Source: Antedon mediterranea
Taxonomy: Eukaryota; Animalia; Echinodermata
DNA length: 64,000 nucleotides
NCBI RefSeq assembly: GCF_964355755.1
Contig: NC_092676.1
Location: 15,952,871 to 16,016,870, forward strand
Reading direction: 5' to 3'
Made by a program: the position numbers and the translations under genes. The notes beneath the pieces are model-generated. The model searched no databases and was not told the origin of the DNA. It saw nothing but the letters and a program-made list of their open reading frames with translations. Of this stretch, positions 10,512-23,500 are shown piece after piece. Numbering within the stretch: the first letter of the stretch is position 1; each line of letters begins with the position of its first letter.

Positions 10512-13500
10512 ATGGAAATCAACATTTCTGACTACAACAATTTACTGAAATTGGTTGAATTTCATGCAAATTGGAATCTTGAAAATTCATCTAAATCATT
10601 TAAATCAGTCAAACAATCAATTGCAGAGCACAGAGAAGACAGAGGATCATTCACCATTGAGACTCTTCTATTTGAAAGTTACTTACATGTATCAAAGTTT
10701 AAAGGAAATACAATAAATAGAAGAAGCTAAGAAAAAGAATGAAGATGCTCTTCAGGAGATATCAAACTTACCTGATGGACCAATCAAAGATGGTTATAAA
10801 TCAATATACTGGGCATTAAAATGCAAGTTTGCAACCAATCTCAAGCAGAAGAAAGAGAGTTACAAGAAACTCAAGGCACTTCTTACAGCATACGAGGGTG
10901 ACAAAAAAACATAATTTGATGCGAGTATTTGTACAACCAAAGGGTTTGCACTTTCAATGTTATCAACATCAAGGTGCAAAGAAAGTGAAGATGAGCTGAA
11001 ACATGCAACTGAAATATGTCCACAAAATGTTGAGTGGATGTTTCTGCTTGGGCATATAAAATGGCGAAGATTCACAAAAAATTTAGCAAAGTATCAATGT
11101 TTTGGATTAAGTGATGTTAAATCAATCATGAATAAAATTTTGAAACTAGACGCCAGGGGTGGCGCCAGGATCTTACCGACGCGGGGGCTACATTCCCCGA
11201 CGAGGGGGGCTATGCGAGCGAAGCAAGCATCACAAGGCTGGGGGACAGGAAGCAACGCGTTCTAGCATCATTTGAGGTCATTTTAATCAGATTTAGGGTA
11301 GCCATTTTTTTCCATTTTTTATAATGCATAAATAAAATACTGCGTGCAAAAAAACGGTGCGCGACGACTGTTTCAATCCATATTTTTCAATTTAAAAAAT
11401 AAAAGTTCAAAGAAAATTTAGAAAAATAGAGTTGGAGGTCCTGGAAATTGGACTTATTATACTTCAAAACATGAAACAAAATATATAAGTCCCTATCATG
11501 GTTGTGACTGAGCTAAGAAATGTTTGAAAAATAGAGATGTTAGGTCCCGGAAAATGCACTTCTTGTACTTCGAAATATGACCAGCTTTATTGTTGGGGCT
11601 GAGCTAAGAAAATGTTTAAAACTAGAGCTGCATTTTATACTTTGGAAACATCAGGCCCAGAGGCTTAAAAAACGCAAGCGTAGACCTTTTCAGTCGGGGA
11701 AATAAGTTTATTCCTCCCAAGTGTATGCCTGCGTACCATCTGGACTTCCGAGTGGTGAGAAATTCATGACATACAGGACATTGAAAATTTAATAACTTAG
11801 CTATAATAAGATGTTGGCTAAGCGAAAATGGCATGTTTTTTTGTTTAGTAATGGATGAAATATTTATTTTAGGTGCCCCACGGTACAGAAGGTTACTTGT
11901 AAATTAAAAAATTGGTGAACCTACGAACAATTAACATAATTCGTTTTTGCTGTAGTGTAGCGTCGTCGACACAGTACACGACGTAACCGTCGGTAAACTT
12001 CGCCTGGAAAATAACTACAGTACACATTTTGGTCCCTGGACGGAACATGATATCACGACCCAACGTTGAACGATTCGTACAAAGGGATACCGCCAGACAA
12101 GTGCGTACCTATAGCTATTGTTTAGTAGTAAGTTAGATCGCTGGCGATAATGAATGCATATAAAGTGCATAATATCACTCTGACGTACTCTCACGGTCAA
12201 TGAAACATCGAGGTTTTCTAGGGGCTGAAGCTACGAAGTGAACGCGAACGAATTATATTCCCCGACAAAAAGTACCCGAACCGTCGGTAAACTTCGCCTG
12301 GAAAATAACTACATTACACATTTTGGTCCCTGGATGGAACTTGATATCACCCGTCTCGACCCAACGTTGAACGATTCGTACAAAGGGATACCGCCAGACA
12401 AGTGCGTACCTAGCTAATGTTTAGTAGTAAGTTAGATTGCTGGCAATAATGAATGCATATAAATTGCATAATAGCACTCTGACGTACTCTCACGGTCGGT
12501 CAATGAGACGTCGCGGTTTTCTAGGCGCTGAAGCTACCAAGTGAACGCGAACGTTTTTTACTGTATACAGTATTATATTCCCCGACAAAAAGTACCCGTG
12601 TTCCCTTCGGTAACCGTCGGTAAACTTCGCCTGGAAAATAACTACATTACACATTTTGGTCCCTGGATGGAACATGATATCACGCGTCTCGACCCAACGG
12701 TGAACGATTCGTACAAAGGGATACCGCCAAACAAGTGCGTACTAGCTATTGTTTAGTAGTTAGATCTCTGGCAATAATGAATGCATAAAAGTGCATAATA
12801 GCCCTCCTGACGTACTCTCACGGTCAATGGAACGTCGTGGTTTTCTAGGCGCTGAAGCTATATGAAGTGAACGCGAACGTTTTTTACTGTATATTATATT
12901 CCCCGACAAAAAGTACCCGTGTTCCCCGACGGGGGGTCTAGGCTCCCCGACGAGGGGGCTAGAGCCCCCGTAGCCCCCCCCCCCCCCCCCGCTGGCGCCA
13001 CCACTGCTAGACGCTGATCATGCCTATGCAAAGGTGATCTTAGCTGACATATACAGAAGAGAATATGAAACAGAGTCTACAAGAAATGCATCAACAAACC
13101 AAGATGACGACCATCAACTTGTGTTTAAAGAGGAAGATCCTGCTGTAGTCAAAATAATGACTCTACTCAAAGAAGCACAAGAACATGCTTCCACACCAAG
13201 AGTATTGAGTATTGTTGCTCAATGTTATATCCGGATGGGCAGTTGTACATGTAGAAGAAAAAAAAAACAACTGGAAATGTAGTCAGCCTAAATGTGACTC
13301 CAGATACTTTAAAGAAGCTCATAATGTTATAGAACATGCTAAAGAAACATGTGGTGAAGCAGCCTGTATCTATGTTCAAGAGGCAGTTATTTACCGGGAA
13401 AAGAATGAAACAAGAAAACAATTACAATGTCTTGAGAGTGCCATCAGACTCAAACCATCTGACATTGGAGCCAGAATACAAGTAAATGCCCTCCATTTAA

Positions 13501-15227
13501 TTAGAGAACACAGCGAAATATGTGATATGTATGATAATCTCCTCCTTGAGTTTGATGACGATCCATTTGAAAAGTTTGACATCAACCAGCAGTATGCACA
13601 TTATTTGATATCAATAAAACTATATGAAGAGGCAACTTTGAGAAAACAAGTTTGTTTAGATATTGCTCTTGAATCATTTGTCAAGAACACTTCTGGTATT
13701 ATGGACCTATTGAATTCATAGATGAGTACCAAAATTATGTTGATAAACTAATCAAATATTTACAAAAACCTTTTGATATCAAAATCCTAAAGTTAAATGG
13801 CCAAGGAAAATTTGTACCAAACTTAGAAAATGCAAAGCTTCATGAAAAGGTTGGTAACTTTGAGATTGCTTATAGTTATTATTAGGGAGCCTTGAGAGCA
13901 TTTCACTATGGACGCTTACCAAATCCAAACCAAGAGCAAAAAAGAGAACTTCTCTTTAGTTTCGCCAGAGTGAATTTGAAGATTGTTAATCTTGATGTTT
14001 GCAGTAACATGTTAGCCATTATCAGAGGTGAGGATAAAGATCAAGAAAATGTCCGTCAACTTACCATGGACTTATTTGTAGCAAAAGGAGAGAAAGCAGC
14101 TGGAGATAGCATTAAGCAATAAGAATGTTTACATGTGCAACAGAAATGGGAAGTTTAGAAGGTGCAAAGCGACTATTACAAGAAACAAAACAGATGAAAG
14201 ACCTTGCCTTAAGAAAGCGTGCTTTAAAAAGTATTGCATCTGCTGCCAATGGAAACTGGTGTCAACAGTTTAATCTGAAAGAGGAACTAGCAGCAATCTT
14301 GCCTTCTTGTGATGATGGATCTTTGATAGGAAAGGAATTAAAGACACTAAGAGATTGCCAACTTGAAATGGAATTCAGCATTCTAATGGGTGATGATAAT
14401 TTAGTGACTAATTTATCAAATTGCTCCATGCTATGGAGTTTTTTGGGAAAAAACATTATCCAAAATCTAAATCTGTGGATTTTATTATTGTTCAGAAATC
14501 CAAAAAACCTGTTGACCAAACAATCCCAAGAGATACTGGCAAAAAGAGGATGGAAAGATTTTTAAAGTAGATTTACACACCTGTTAACATATCTTGCTTC
14601 GGTAAGTTAACATTTGTGATCAGAATTTTTTTGTTCAAATCACATTTTAATTGTTTGAAGGAAATGGCAAGTGTGTGCAAACTAAGACTATGACACTGAC
14701 AGCATGGAGGTGCTGACAGCATGTATGTATAAGCTGTTACATTGGGATGGTATACGAAAGGAGACGGTAAATTAACAGAGTGTGATGGTTAAATTAATCA
14801 AATACAGTCGCTATGATGAACAGAACAGAGTGTACTGGGCTTATATGCATTATACGCAGTTTTAGTCCTTTGTATTTAAAGTTACTGTCTCCTTCGTTTA
14901 CCGTGCCAATGTGAAAGTTCAATAGTATGATTTCAAGTACAGTATAACCTATTTATCCTTTAGTTGATAAAATTTGATATATTTTTCTACTCATCATTAC
15001 TAAATGAATACTACTCTACTTAAAACAGTTCATTTTATTTTCTTATAAGATTCAACCTGAAACTAAGTCCAAGTTTGAATGGATGAAAGACTTTACTTGT
15101 CTCAACAACAATGACAAACATCGACACTCACTACAAAACTCAAGAAAAACCATTGCTGTTGCAATTGTGTTCTAACATTGAAGAAATAGTGGAAGAAATA
15201 TTTATACAAGTGGTGCTGGATCACTGA
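10512..15227 (+). pseudogene. IFIT-like TPR protein with a C-terminal HEPN-like domain; disrupted by a hAT insertion, frameshifts and stops
   Basis: Acceptor ttgacag at 10504 and ATG at 10512. The joined frames give LLKLVEFHANWNL, YWALK, ICTTKGFALSML, ATEICPQNVEWMFLLG and ILKLD|ADHAYAKVILADIY, colinear with IFIT motifs (LRCHFTWEL, TWGN, CEEGWAL, LEVDPENPE, VRLNPDNGYIKVLLA). A phase-0 intron at 14602-15049 joins ...LLTYLAS|IQPETKSKFEWMKDFTCLNNNDKHR. In-frame stops include 10912-14 and 14563-65; there are several frameshifts. Confidence 0.8.
11154..13006. mobile_element. Non-autonomous hAT element (1853 bp) inserted in the IFIT-like coding exon
   Basis: 15-bp TIR CAG(G/T)GGTGGCGCCAG; 8-bp TSD CTAGACGC at 11146-11153 and 13007-13014; removing it restores the frame KILKLDADHAY. 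Confidence 0.95.
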
Positions 15228-17109
15228 TCAGGAACACTCTGGTTTTATGGGCGCAGACTCGCGAGAAAAGGGAGGTCATATATAGTGAGGATAATTACTT
15301 TTTGATGGCTACACTTTACGGTTAGAAATAAGTTGTTAATATTACACAAGTCTGGTTGTCATGTAGACACACTAGATGTTCCCCTTCTCTCTTAAATAAA
15401 TTCATCTGGTTCCGAATATAATTAACTGGAACATTATTACTTTTTGTTGAACCAAAACACGACAACGACGCGCTACACAAGGTCTCTAAGACTGTACAGA
15501 CCATCCAAACAGTTATTTAAAGAAGTTGACAGCATGTCAACGAAACATCACTAAGGACGTATTTATACCAATTGTGTATGTATTTTTTGCATCAAAAAAG
15601 TAATAATTTTTCAGTTCCTCTTCTCCCTTCCCCTCTCCCATTTCCAAAAGTTCTTAATTAATCTACTTTGGCCAGGAGACTCCCATATTTTAAAAGTCTT
15701 CTGGCCTAACATCGTGCTCCTGGTTTTTCACATTTTCTCCCGGATTACTAAATGTGTTGTTTTCTACATTCAAATATAACAAAACACCTTTATAGTATAC
15801 ACACAAATAAATTTACAATATTTAAGCCATTAACGATAATTTTTTATTTTTTTCTGAACGGAAAGGAAATTCCCCACACATAGATACCGCTTGCTCGTCA
15901 CACAGAACTCCTTATGTCTCCCTGGTCTTGATAATAAAGGGCGCTGTTGACCTTAACAAAATACCACCTCCCGTTTTTAAAACTTCAGATGTGGTGTGTA
16001 TCCATTTTTTCAAGAGATTGGAGCTGTACTGAAAGAATTGACAACCCACTACTGTATTACAGCATAGCGATATTATACTTAGTGAACTACTCTATGATTA
16101 CAGTAATTATAGTTTTATAATCCTTTCATGAATAACAAAGAAAATAGTGTTGATTTACATGAGCGTAATAAATAAAAATTAAAAAGATGAAGGTGGCATT
16201 GACTGCCTACAACCCCTAAAAAAGACAAACTAATTTACAGCAGGGTAACATAATAGCTGTAAACATACTTTACTACAGCCTTATCATTACTCTCTACTTG
16301 GGTGTAGTATTGCCCTAATTAGTGAATAACAAGCAAGTAACTCATTTTAATGATGTTATCTTAATATAAATTGTGCTAATAATAGCATCATCATGAGCAA
16401 TGATGACATCATCCTCTTCAGTGATCAATTGAACTCTATCATCTATCAGGTGATTTATTCTTATTTTAGAGTATCTGCTTTGTTTTATTTTGTGTTTCTT
16501 TCTCTCTCATAGAACTGTGTGCTGGGAATATATACGGGGAATATAATGCCGTTAAGGTTTTTTTGTTAAAAGAGGTCGATGGCATTAACCAAACCTGCTC
16601 AAAACCTACTGTAACTTAATAAATACCCGCAATGTGATATGGGCATTCCGTTATAAACACATAGGTAGTCTTGCATTACTTTTCATTTAAATTGATAAAG
16701 GGATAAATATGTACGTAGTTTATTTTCAATTACAGTACAACCTCCCATTATAAAGAGGATTATATTCTCAATAAAACGAACAGGGAAAATGCACTAGGGT
16801 CAACCTCTATAAAGGAGACAAGTAAGAGGGGTTGGATTTTGAAAGTTTCTCCTTATTAAGGGTTCTGCTGTATCTGCATGCTGCGTATAGTTTAATATTC
16901 AATTGCAATACAGAAATTAAAGTTGCTTGTATCAGTGTATTTTTATGAAATCCTCTCTTGAACTTAAAAACTCAAGGACTGAAAGAATAACTACTGAAAA
17001 ACCTGTACACACCATTTTATAGTCAACATCATTATTATAATCACATTAATCAAATAATACAACATGCAACATGAACAGTAGATCCTGTAGCCAAACTAAA
17101 AGTAGTATG

Positions 17110-17240
17110 GTAGGAGATTTGTGAAGCATGGGTTCCAGGCCCATCTAGTGTATACCATAATTATTGTATCCTTTAGGCAAGATTCTTTACTCTCAATGCC
17201 TCTTCCTTTGATTGGGATGTAAATCTGTTGGTCCTGTTGA
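17110..17240 (+). mobile_element. Old tRNA-type SINE remnant
   Basis: B-box-like gggttccaggccc followed by tgtatcctttaggcaagattctttac and ggatgtaaatctgttggtcc, resembling conserved SINE cores. Confidence 0.4.
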
Positions 17241-17428
17241 TCATGGTAGGCCTCCTTGAGCCAGTAGAGGCCTAATCTTAATTTTCATAATAAATTTACA
17301 TTGGGAGAAGTTTAAGACGATATGGACCACCAGTCCAACATGAAATTTGTGTATATTCTGCATTAAGAATCTCATTCTACAATTTAAGTAACTTCCTATA
17401 TTTTATGAACAACATCAAATGCACTTAC

Positions 17429-17531
17429 CGGTAGAAGAAGCAAAGACTCTACAGAATGCCTGATAGCACCGCGTTGAGATTTACAAAAGGAGACAAATTC
17501 CCGACTTGTGGCCACCTTTTGATGCAGAAGA
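17429..17531 (-). CDS. RhoGEF DH exon (last exon found)
   Basis: ttaag|T CTT CTG...CTA CCG|gtaagt; SLLHQKVATSREFVSFCKSQRGAIRHSVESLLLLP ends just before the conserved VQR. Confidence 0.85.
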
Positions 17532-20500
17532 CTTAAGATAAGAAAAGAGGTGTGTATACAATAAGAAATCACAACAACCAATAATTATATTACAATAATA
17601 ATTAATACAATAGGACTACAATTGTTTAATTAAATTTCTAAAAGCATATAATATAATCATTTTTAAAAATTCGAAAGCATTTACAATATGCAACTTGTTT
17701 GTTGAAATGATAACAAGTAAATTTAACTAAATTGATGTTTTCATTTTTTTTCTTTGTTGCATCCTCTCTTTGGAATGAACTCCCATCAAACATTTAACAA
17801 CTTTTGATTCAGTTAAAATAATTTAAAAACTCATTAAAAATATGTTTGATTATTGACAAATATCATATAAATCTGTCATTTTGTTAATAAATGCAGTATC
17901 CACCTCAGAGTATGATTGTGTGAACAATAAATCTGAATTAAATTTAGAAATGTAACACTAAACAAGATGATATGAGGAGCCGAGCAAAGTTAGACTCATA
18001 ATATTAGCCCTGTGCTGACTAAGACCCCATTTACACTTACGTTTGGGTCCAGGGCCGGTCCTGGGCCGGTTGCAAATATTTACCTTTTAGGCCGGCCCCA
18101 GAGCGTTTACACTAGCGACGCAGATTACTGGTCGTAAATAATTTTATCGGAAGTACCATTGCATGCTGGGATACGAAGTACAGTTTGTTTACATTTTTCT
18201 CTCTCGATCGTCAATTCAACTCTCCGCGCGAACCGACCGTTTTATATTTATACTGTATTGTTGTTTTTTGTCCCATTAAAAACAAAATGAACTCCACTGT
18301 TTTATATATAATATGGCTATATTTTATGTATATGCGAAACAAGCGGAGGAATACTTTATTGAAAGAAGATGTCGGAAAATAAATTTAACTATATAATGAA
18401 GAAAACAAATTGTCGCCCGAAAAGGAGGAAGGTACGGTATGTACTGAGAATGTCGGATCGTCATAACAACAACCTCATAAAAAGGTCAAACGTTGTTCAC
18501 GGTTCACTGCGTAAGCCGGCCCAAACGTAAAAGCCGCTCCTGAACCTACCTGGAGAGGTGGCCCAGATCTGCGTCCGGCCCAGGGCCGGCCTAACTTTTT
18601 GGAGTATTTACACTTATCAATTGCCGACCCAGGGCCGGCCTAAATCGTAAGTGTAAATGGGGTCTAATAGGTGCAAATAGGCACTATTTTAAATAACAAC
18701 TACAAGGAGCCAAAAGTCTATACAGCTCTTAATTTGTGGTTTTACAGTAATAAAATTCTGGATATTTGAATCTCACATACACATTGGCAATAACTTATAC
18801 CCTTCTTGACTTGCCACATGATTTATTAACCAAAAACTGCACACAATACAAATCATTATTTAGCATACAAGTTGGTAATCTGAAGTAAACTTAACCAATT
18901 GAACTCGTTAGTGCGACACAATCAAGGAGTATCAATTATTTCATAGGTTGTGTTTGTACTAAAATCAATTAAACATGTAACTCTTTGGACTCAATTAGAA
19001 GAACCGTTCGTTTGGAATACAAAAGTTTACTCAGGTAAACTCAACAAAATATTTCATACTTGGGTGACAAAATTGTACTGTGATGTCCCATGTGCGGCGC
19101 CAAGGCTAGGAACCTGTTGTCGATGAAATACAGTAGGCATAGCCTGTTTTATATGTTTTCCTTTCTTAAGCCACTTTTTAAAGATTTTAATATTACAGTA
19201 AATGTCAATGACCTATTGTGTCAGCTGCTGCATCTATTATTTATAAATTCTTCCATAATAATCTATCTACTGATACTTATTATTTTATAGTTTTTTCTCA
19301 CATAGGCCTAACACCTCAGAACTATAATTTACGGTTCCTCTTATAAAGTTTGCTACCATTTTTTAGATCAAGAATTCTACGAACATGGGATAAGGATGAC
19401 AGTTAAAAAATGCTTAATCCACTAACTAATCAACTAAATTTTTTAATAACACTTTAAAATAAGTTGTAAGCAGTTTTTTTTTTATGTTGATTTGTTATTG
19501 TTATCTTTTTTTTCCTGTAGTGTATGCGACAAGAAATTTAGTTTTCTTCTAATACAGGATACCCAATAATGGTCTACAAAATGATTATATAATAATATAT
19601 GTATTATTTTGCCATTATTGATATTAATAAATGTCCTTGAAATGAAATGAAACTTGTCGCTCAGATTCTTATTTTCATGTGATTAATAGGCTTGCGTTTA
19701 AGGTGCAAATGAAAAATCCAGTAATGCTGGAACGTTTTAGAAACAGCTGATTTATCGCAAGTTTTGTATCCAGGGGTACAGTATAGGCCTATATTTATTA
19801 ATTTAACAGATAAACAAATATGTATGAAATGTATGTAACATACCTGCTAAGCTGCTTATAATTTGTATAATAATCCACATATATTTTCCAAAAATCTTCA
19901 CCAAAAAGACATCCTGTTTAAACAAAAATTGTTAAAAAAGCTTTAAATTTGTATTAAATAAAATAATAATAGTAGTGCATAATTGTTTCACATTTCAGTA
20001 CAATAGACTAAAAAACACTGCAATGACGAAATAAATAATAATTTGTTCCAGTGTTAGCATCAGAATTGGACAGCAAGATTAAGAGACATATTTTAAGAAC
20101 ATCTTAATAATATTAGAATGTTATATTATGCATACATTTATCAAAATGAACATTATTTCAATTAAAAACATACCTAATGTTGTATCCTCTTCTTTCCAGT
20201 CATCAGTTATTTTCTTTAACTAGAGGTAGGTAAAAGAATAAACTATTACATAATGTATGTATTTTCAAAATTGACTGATATGAACCAGAAAAAAAAGTAT
20301 AACACTGCCCTCTATAAAAAGCAAACTTTTTGCTGAATAATATTATATTGAACTTGAATTACCTTAGATAACAGTGTTGAACTAGCATTTAAAACAGATT
20401 CTAGCTTTCCAAAGACTACTTGATACTCATCCTCTGTCAAAAATGGTTCATCTCTAAAATATAATATTAACATTACTTCAGTTAATACTAAAATGTTTTC

Positions 20501-23500
20501 TATTGTGAAAATCAAAGTACTGATCCACAACCAGCCGTACATGTGAACACCTTGGTATCTCAATCAATGGATTATATTACCGCGTGCATAAGCCATGTTA
20601 TTCTTATGCTGTATGTGTAACACCAATATGTAACAAAACATTACAAAAATATTTTTTTGATGTAAAAAATGTTAAATTGAGTAATACGATATAAAATATA
20701 CATTTATAATAAACCTTATTTTGTTTACTTACTTTATTGGATTTGCATATGTAGTTTGTAAACACTTTAAAAGATCTAAGTAACTTTCTTCAGTATAGGC
20801 CAAAGCTTTCAGATGATACAACACCTTATCATCACCTTAATTAACAATCTTTATACAGTTTAGTACATCAGAGTAATAATGGAGTTGGAGTTATCAATTC
20901 AATGTTGAACTCTTTGTAAAAGGACAAGAAAGTGTCTGCTTACAGGAGGTGACCATCAGAGGTTTACAGTGGCGTAATGCAGGGGCCTGAGGCTCCCCAA
21001 GTTCCCCCCCCCCCCGCCTCCAACGCTGGAGGCCTCGGCTTTTTTAGTCTTTATCAACATATTTTAATGCCTGAATTTCTATCTGGGCTCTGGAGCTTAG
21101 CCAGTGAGCGCTCATAGCTGTTAAGCTACTAGAGGTTTGTTAGCTAGAAAGAAGACCAAACTTTTAGCTTGTGTATGGCAATGATGATATTTTGTGTTGC
21201 TCAATACTCCAGGTATTTGAATTTATTTATTTCATTATTGGTTGGTCAAAAAGTGTATGTCATCTTATGGAGAGTAATAAACTTACTGTACAAGATGTAC
21301 CCTATGCACTGATTAGATAGTAACATAGGGGTTTTTAATGCGAGAGTTTTCTAAAAAGGGAAGTTTAGTAAATATTTAAAAATTAATTCAAATTTCAAAA
21401 CGAAAAAAATGCAGTATGGAAAAGTTAAGAAACCCATTATGATTTATACAAGTAGGAAATATAAGCAAAGTAAGTAATTCCTGAGTAAATACTTTTTGTA
21501 CCCAATATATAGCACTGTAAAAACAGGCATCATTTTTAGTAGTAGAAAGAACTGATAGTTTCTCTAGATTTAAAAACAAAATGTTTACCTGTTCCGAAAT
21601 CATCATCTTTTGGAAACTCTATTAAAATGTCTTTGTCATTGAGTAAAACTGCGTCAGCATCCTCATTAACAACTGCACGACTTGTAGCCAACTTGACGCG
21701 AAAATGTGGTAACTTGTGTTGAAATATCACATCAGCTATCAGATCACGAACACGCATTCCATGTTCACCAAAAAGCTGACAATTAAGAAACAAAATCAAA
21801 GAGTGTTAACATTCCTTCAAAAGTACAGTTAACATGAGGTCAATAGATAAAAAGCTGAAGCACCTCCAACTAAGGGCCTGTTTCTGCTGCAACTGCTCAA
21901 AATACGGTATAAAAATACGGTATAAAATACGGTATTTTTTATACCGTATTTTTTAGTACCCCGTTTCTGCTAACAATACTTCTTGGGTGGTCGTGTTAAA
22001 TTTCATCTTTTTTACCCAAATTGCCATTCATTTATTTGATCGATAATTAAAAGTCGCAATAAAGGAAGTTTTACGTCTCACTTTCAACAGCCTAGCCCTA
22101 TTGATAGAGATGTTGTGAGAGCACAGAAAACATCGTAATGGGGACAATTAATTCGTTCCCTCCCCGAGTTATTGTATTTTGCAATGTTGTACTGCTTTCG
22201 CAGGCTCTTCAGCTTTGAGTTTACTTGCTTTGGAGACAAGTTTATTCCATACTCCTGCTTTATTTTTTTAGAAATGTGTTTATAAATGTGGTTGTCCCTT
22301 TTATTACCTTTTAGTTGGTCAGACATTTTAGCTTCCCCACACACATTTATTTAGTAAAACTGTAACGTATTCGCTCCACATTTTCGCCGAATATATATAT
22401 ATACATGTGTGTAAAGCAGCTAACAGCGACAGAAAATAAAAACACGAATGGTGACCTTTTGTCATGTAAAAAAAAATACGGTATTTTTTATTGGCAGCAG
22501 AAACGGGTACAAAAAATACGGTATAAATTTGTAAATACCGTATTTTATCCACAAATTTTGTGGAGAAAATACCGTATACAAAATACGGTATATTTTTTAT
22601 GAGCGCAGTTTCTGCTGCCAAAAATATACCGTATATATACGGTATTCAAAAAATACCGTATAATATACGGTATTTAGTTGGCAGCAGAAACAGGGCCTAA
22701 AATATTATATCAATGTATGTCTCATTTGAGGAGTTGGATAGCTGAGTGGTTAGGACACTTCACTGTCGTATAGATAGACCCGGGTTCAATGCCCGACAAC
22801 TCCCACTCCACTCAGCTGTAAAATGAGTACCTGGTTGAAAATACTAGGGAGAAAAAAGGCGGTGTGGGAAGGAACTGGCCACCCTACCACATAATGCCGA
22901 GGCTTAGTACAATGAGCTCCTAACAGCTCATTCCCCTACGTTCAGAGAACACGGGACTCACCCTTTACCCTTTACCTTTATGTCTCATTTAGTAGTACTA
23001 CAGTAGGCAGCCAGGAGGTTCCAAATGAGATAGGGAGAGGCATGTGTGTAAGAATCTATTGGTTGGGCCTGTCAAAATTTCCTGGGGAAGCTCCCGGAAG
23101 CACTTTACACTTTAGGTATTATTATGCCGCAACCGGCTCAGAGCCAACATCATAAAAAAAAGAAGCTTAAAATCTAAGAAATCATTGTACAGCTAACAAA
23201 CAAAAAAAGAGTTGCGGTTGTACATGATAAAAGACAAATATATATAAAAAAGTCAATCCATTCCACTGTATGCATTTTTATTAATACCACCCTGGCCTAA
23301 AAGTAATTAAATGAAATGTAGGTGTATAGAGCAATACTGTAACAATAGTAATATTTTTCCAACAAATTATTATTTAAATACATATACAGTGAGTGTGACT
23401 GTCAAATTGGTTTTTGTTTTGTTTCTTTTTCATATCCAAATGAATAAAGCGAATTTATGAAAAATGAAAAATTACAAAATAATACAACCTCTGTCCATTT

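Noticed and set aside
11154-11265. C-terminus of ORF 10957-11265, and ORFs such as 11622, 12015, 12490, 12541, 55436 and 55537
   Set aside because: Read-through into non-coding hAT element sequence; no transposase motifs.
15865-16030. Exon-like minus-strand segment as the missing RhoGEF continuation
   Set aside because: The phase-0 translation (YSSNLLKKW...) lacks the VQR/RY motif of DH domains and stops early.
22728-22803. Possible tRNA gene
   Set aside because: A and B boxes are present, but the sequence continues into a SINE body, tail and 12-bp TSD.
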